DNA of 64,000 nucleotides from assembly GCA_963793305.1 (NCBI GenBank), contig CAWBZV010000005.1, positions 1,312,001 to 1,376,000 of the forward strand, read 5' to 3'. Origin of the DNA: an uncultured Gemmatimonadales bacterium (GTDB lineage: Bacteria > Gemmatimonadota > Gemmatimonadetes > Gemmatimonadales > Gemmatimonadaceae). Of this stretch, positions 60,689 to 64,000 are shown piece after piece; the stretch's first letter is position 1, and each line of letters begins with the position of its first letter. Made by a program: the position numbers and the translations under genes. The notes under the pieces were generated by a model. The model was not told the origin of the DNA, did no database searches, and saw only the letters and a list, made by a program, of their open reading frames with translations.

Positions 60689-61915
60689 CTACGCCGCGGG
60701 CGGCGTCACGATGCGGCCGGCGAACAGCACCGTGCCGGACAACCGCTCGCGGATGGCGAACACATACGGCCGATCGACGACGAACGGGGCCTCGAGCGCA
60801 GTCGGGACGATGCCCACGCCGGTGGCCGCCGCCGCCGTCGTGCCGCGCTCGTCGACGCTCACGTACGTCTTCTGAAAGACGTCGGAGATCGTGACCGGGG
60901 TAGAGGTCATCTGCGAGAAATCGGCAAGATCGGTGAACGCGACGCCCATCCCCATCGACGTGAGGGCGGTGTTCAGGTGATCCTGCCAAGCCAGTTGGAC
61001 CTTCGGGATCTTCACCTCCATCACCGTCGGTCGGAGCGATGCGATGAGTGACGACCAGCCCCCGCTCGCTAGGTCGGCGGTCACCGCATCCACACTCACG
61101 CCGCTCGCCGGCAGAACGATCGTCATCCGGAACGCGCCGCCACCATAGGGGAGATCCACCGCCGCGTAGTCGGCCGTCGCCGCGGTGGACACCGTGTCGC
61201 GTCCATCCATCAGAGTGATCGGCGCCGTGGCGCCTGACGCGAGATAGAACGTCGCCGTATGCGTGTTGGACGCATCGAATGCCTGCCGCCACGGAGCGCT
61301 GAAGTACACGGCGTCGGCGAGGAACACGCGCCAGGTTGTCGGGATCGATGCCAGCAGCGTCGGAATCTTGCCGCCGGTGCTGTGATCGACCCAGTTGTTG
61401 ATCGTTCCCACCGCCGAGGGTGATGTGAAGTCCAGGGCCGTGACGGGGGCGTTGAAGAACGTCTGGGATCGCGTCGCGAACCCCGGAAGGATCGAAATCC
61501 GAGGGTCGTACCACACGGCGTTCGCGACGGTGACGTCGACGTTCGGGTCGAGCTTCGTGAGGAGCGCGAACAACGTCTGATAGGCGGTGTCCATCGACGC
61601 CATCGACTGCCCTCCGAAGCCCAGGACCGTCTGCATGGACGCGAGCGTCGTACCGGCCGCGCCATTCGCCGTCAGGCCCAGTGCCGCCGACGCGCTCAAT
61701 GGCGACAGAAAGACATTGATGTCCGGTTCCCGTGCCGTTTCGACACGCAGCAAGTTGAACGCGAAGCCGCCGGTCGCCGCGACGAGCGTGCGTTCCGAGG
61801 CCGTGAGCGGGCGCGGAAGGGCCGTAATCGCCGTCGCCCCGCGCGGAGGCGCGACGGCGTCGGAACAGGCGACGAGGACCATCCCGGTCGCGAGTACCGC
61901 GAGTAAGTTCTTCAT
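60689..61915 (-). CDS. Serpin, predicted lipoprotein
   Basis: Lipobox LVAC, NVFLSPLS, INNWV..TGGKI, hinge ERGTTAAAAT, FVVDRPYVFAIRE..LFAGRI. Confidence 0.92.
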   Translation of the reverse strand: MKNLLAVLATGMVLVACSDAVAPPRGATAITALPRPLTASERTLVAATGGFAFNLLRVETAREPDINVFLSPLSASAALGLTANGAAGTTLASMQTVLGFGGQSMASMDTAYQTLFALLTKLDPNVDVTVANAVWYDPRISILPGFATRSQTFFNAPVTALDFTSPSAVGTINNWVDHSTGGKIPTLLASIPTTWRVFLADAVYFSAPWRQAFDASNTHTATFYLASGATAPITLMDGRDTVSTAATADYAAVDLPYGGGAFRMTIVLPASGVSVDAVTADLASGGWSSLIASLRPTVMEVKIPKVQLAWQDHLNTALTSMGMGVAFTDLADFSQMTSTPVTISDVFQKTYVSVDERGTTAAAATGVGIVPTALEAPFVVDRPYVFAIRERLSGTVLFAGRIVTPPAA

Positions 61916-61956
61916 ACCGTGATGGACCCCGTGCCAGCGCGATGCGTCATCACGAG

Positions 61957-61985
61957 TTGACAGGCCGTAAGTGCTTTGGTAGCTT
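61957..61985 (+). promoter_or_regulatory. Sigma70-type promoter of the rplM operon
   Basis: TTGACA-17 bp-TAGCTT. Confidence 0.7.
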
Positions 61986-62017
61986 ACAAGTCTGTCAAAA
62001 ACAGCCCTAACCATACT

Positions 62018-62458
62018 ATGAGAACATTTTCCGCGACTCCCGCGGACATTGAGCATCGCTGGTATATCGTCGACGCCGACGGCCTCGTATTGGGTCGCCT
62101 CGCGTCGGAGGTCGCCAAGGTCATTCGCGGCAAGCACAAGCCCACGTTCACGCCGCACATGGACACGGGCGACTACGTGATTGTTATCAACGCGTCGAAG
62201 GTCAAAGTCACGGGCCGGAAGGCCGAGCAAAAAGAGTACTTCCGTCACACCGGTTACATGGGCCACGAGCGGTTTACGCCGCTCGGGACGATGCTCGCGA
62301 AGCATCCCGAGCGCGTCGTGGAGAAGGCCGTGTACGGCATGCTCCCCAAGACGGCGCTTGGCCGACAGGACTTGCGCCGCAAGCTCCGCGTGTTCGCCGG
62401 TGCCGAGCACCCGCACGCTGCGCAGCAACCCACGCCACTCCCGATCGATGCCCGCTGA
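62018..62458 (+). CDS. rplM: 50S ribosomal protein L13
   Basis: WYIVDA, LGRLAS, RGKHKPTFTPHMDTGD, HPHAAQQP. Confidence 0.98.
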   Translation: MRTFSATPADIEHRWYIVDADGLVLGRLASEVAKVIRGKHKPTFTPHMDTGDYVIVINASKVKVTGRKAEQKEYFRHTGYMGHERFTPLGTMLAKHPERVVEKAVYGMLPKTALGRQDLRRKLRVFAGAEHPHAAQQPTPLPIDAR

Positions 62459-62846
62459 TTCGCTGACGAAGCACACCGTCGGACGCCGCAAAGAAGCCGT
62501 CTGCCGTCTGTATCTCACGCCTGGTTCCGGCAAGTGGAACGTGAACGGCCGGACCCTTGGCGACTACTTCCCACGCCCCGCACTCGTCTCGGCTATCCAG
62601 CAGCCCTTCACGGCGACCGACACGCTCGGCCGCTATGACGTTCGGGCGAAGGTGGAGGGTGGCGGGCTGTCTGGTCAGGCCGGCGCGCTCCGTCTCGCCG
62701 CCTCTCGCGCGTTGGTGCAGATCGACGAGGGGTATCGCCGGAAGCTCCGTGACCTCGGCCTCATGACGCGCGATGCGCGATCGGTCGAGCGCAAGAAACC
62801 GGGTCGCCCCAAGGCTCGGAAGCGGTTCCAGTTCAGCAAGCGGTAG
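62448..62846 (+). CDS. rpsI: 30S ribosomal protein S9
   Basis: GRRK, GGGLSGQAGA, ERKKPG..ARKRFQFSKR. Confidence 0.98.
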   Translation: MPADSLTKHTVGRRKEAVCRLYLTPGSGKWNVNGRTLGDYFPRPALVSAIQQPFTATDTLGRYDVRAKVEGGGLSGQAGALRLAASRALVQIDEGYRRKLRDLGLMTRDARSVERKKPGRPKARKRFQFSKR

Positions 62847-62851
62847 CACAC

Positions 62852-62936
62852 ATCACTCACGCTCCCTGAGCCATTTCGGGTGCTGGCGAAAGTCAGTCGA
62901 AAATGGCGGAGAAGGGCGCGGAAGACCTCAACCCGT
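62852..62936 (+). ncRNA. rpsB leader (t44/S2-leader-like cis-regulatory RNA)
   Basis: Directly upstream of rpsB; CACTCAC..GGGTGC..GTCG..GCGGAAG..AACCC arrangement with nested stems. Confidence 0.6.
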
Positions 62937-62945
62937 AGAGAGAGA

Positions 62946-63851
62946 ATGGCTCAACCCAATCTGGACGATCTGTTGAAGGCCGGTGTCCACTTCGGACACC
63001 AGACACGCCGTTGGAATCCCAAGATGCGCCGGTTCATTTTCGCCGAGCGCAACGGGATCCACATCATCGACCTGCAGAAGACGCTGCGTCAGATCGAGCT
63101 CGCGCAGAAGCTCGCGCGCGAGGTCATCTTGCGCGGCGACAACGTGCTGTTCGTCTGCACGAAGCGCCAGCTCAGTGCGATTGTGAAAGACGAGGCCGAG
63201 CGGTCAGGCGCGATGTACGTGACCGAGCGGTGGCTCGGAGGGTTGCTTACGAACTTCCAGACGGTCAAGAAGCAAATTCGCCGGCTCAAGGATCTCGAGA
63301 CCGGCAGTGAGACCGGTGGAGAGTTCGAGAACTATACAAAGAAAGAACAGCTCCTCATGACGCGGCAACGCGACAAGCTCGCCAAGAACCTTTCGGGTAT
63401 CAAGAACATGACCCGGATCCCCGGGCTCATGTTCGTCATCGACTCCAAGAAAGAGCGGATCGCCGTCAGCGAGGCCAACAAGCTCGGCATCCCGATCGTC
63501 GCGATCGTCGATACCAACGCCGATCCCGATGTGATCACGGTGCCGATCGCGGGCAACGATGATGCGATCCGCTCGGTCGATCTGATCGCCAAGGCGATCG
63601 CCGACTCGATCGTCGAGGCTCGCCGCGAGGCGCCGGTGCGGCAGGAAGCCGAGGAAGGGGAATCGAACACCTACAGCTCGGATCGCGGCATGGAGACGGC
63701 CTCCGGCGACGAAGATCGCCGCCGCCGCCGCCGGCCGCGGCGCCGCCGCGCGAAGCCCGAGGCGATCGCCGCGCGGCTCAAGAGCGGGGCGGTGGACGAG
63801 GTCGATCCCGCCGCTGTCGACGAAGAAGTAGTAGACGAGGGCGGGGCCTGA
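62946..63851 (+). CDS. rpsB: 30S ribosomal protein S2
   Basis: AGVHFGHQTRRWNPKM, RWLGGLLTNF, GNDDAIRS. Confidence 0.98.
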   Translation: MAQPNLDDLLKAGVHFGHQTRRWNPKMRRFIFAERNGIHIIDLQKTLRQIELAQKLAREVILRGDNVLFVCTKRQLSAIVKDEAERSGAMYVTERWLGGLLTNFQTVKKQIRRLKDLETGSETGGEFENYTKKEQLLMTRQRDKLAKNLSGIKNMTRIPGLMFVIDSKKERIAVSEANKLGIPIVAIVDTNADPDVITVPIAGNDDAIRSVDLIAKAIADSIVEARREAPVRQEAEEGESNTYSSDRGMETASGDEDRRRRRRPRRRRAKPEAIAARLKSGAVDEVDPAAVDEEVVDEGGA

Positions 63852-63881
63852 CGTTTAGGGCCGTTCGCTGCTAATCTTTAC

Positions 63882-63912
63882 ACGCCGCCGGGCTCCACGC
63901 CGGCGGCGTTTT
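63882..63912 (+). terminator. Hairpin with a short U-tract between rpsB and tsf
   Basis: ACGCCGCCGG/CCGGCGGCGT stem followed by TTT. Confidence 0.6.
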
Positions 63913-63935
63913 CACGAGGCCCTGGGGGCCAAAAT

Positions 63936-64000
63936 ATGACGACAACTACAGTTACGACAAAAGACATTCAAGAGCTCCGCCAACGTACGGGCGCCGGGAT
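63936..64000 (+). CDS. tsf: Elongation factor Ts, N-terminus (runs off the right edge)
   Basis: MTTTTVTTKDIQELRQRTGAG directly after rpsB. Confidence 0.92.
   Translation, partial: MTTTTVTTKDIQELRQRTGAG

Overview
High-GC bacterial chromosome segment. Gene order and protein features suggest Gemmatimonadota (inference). From left to right: (1) 1-11237, a translationally coupled biosynthetic operon with two B12-binding radical SAM enzymes, three SAM methyltransferases, an amidohydrolase, a flavin-reductase-like protein, GT2, GT4, an HPr-kinase-like P-loop protein and an SxtJ-like membrane protein, plus a divergent nucleotidyltransferase; (2) MFS transporter, PLP enzyme, two-component genes, an outer-membrane beta-barrel with a kinase-like N-terminal domain, glnA, a VOC protein and alkA; (3) tRNA-Leu(UAA) followed by a ~5 kb decayed integrated element that ends in a degenerate tRNA 3' copy and carries a pseudogenised phage-like gene and an HTH-HATPase-STAS protein; (4) core dap/aroA/cmk/rpsA and acyl-CoA carboxylase operons; (5) an accessory block with hypotheticals, a TonB receptor-LytS/LytTR operon, a VapBC pair, hydrolases, a papain-like protein and a serpin; (6) rplM-rpsI-rpsB-tsf. 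About ten single-base insertions (no deletions seen) and one nonsense codon interrupt otherwise intact genes. Five or six of the insertions turn GACGTC into GACGTTC, most likely a motif-dependent sequencing error. All calls are from manual reading; no searches were run.
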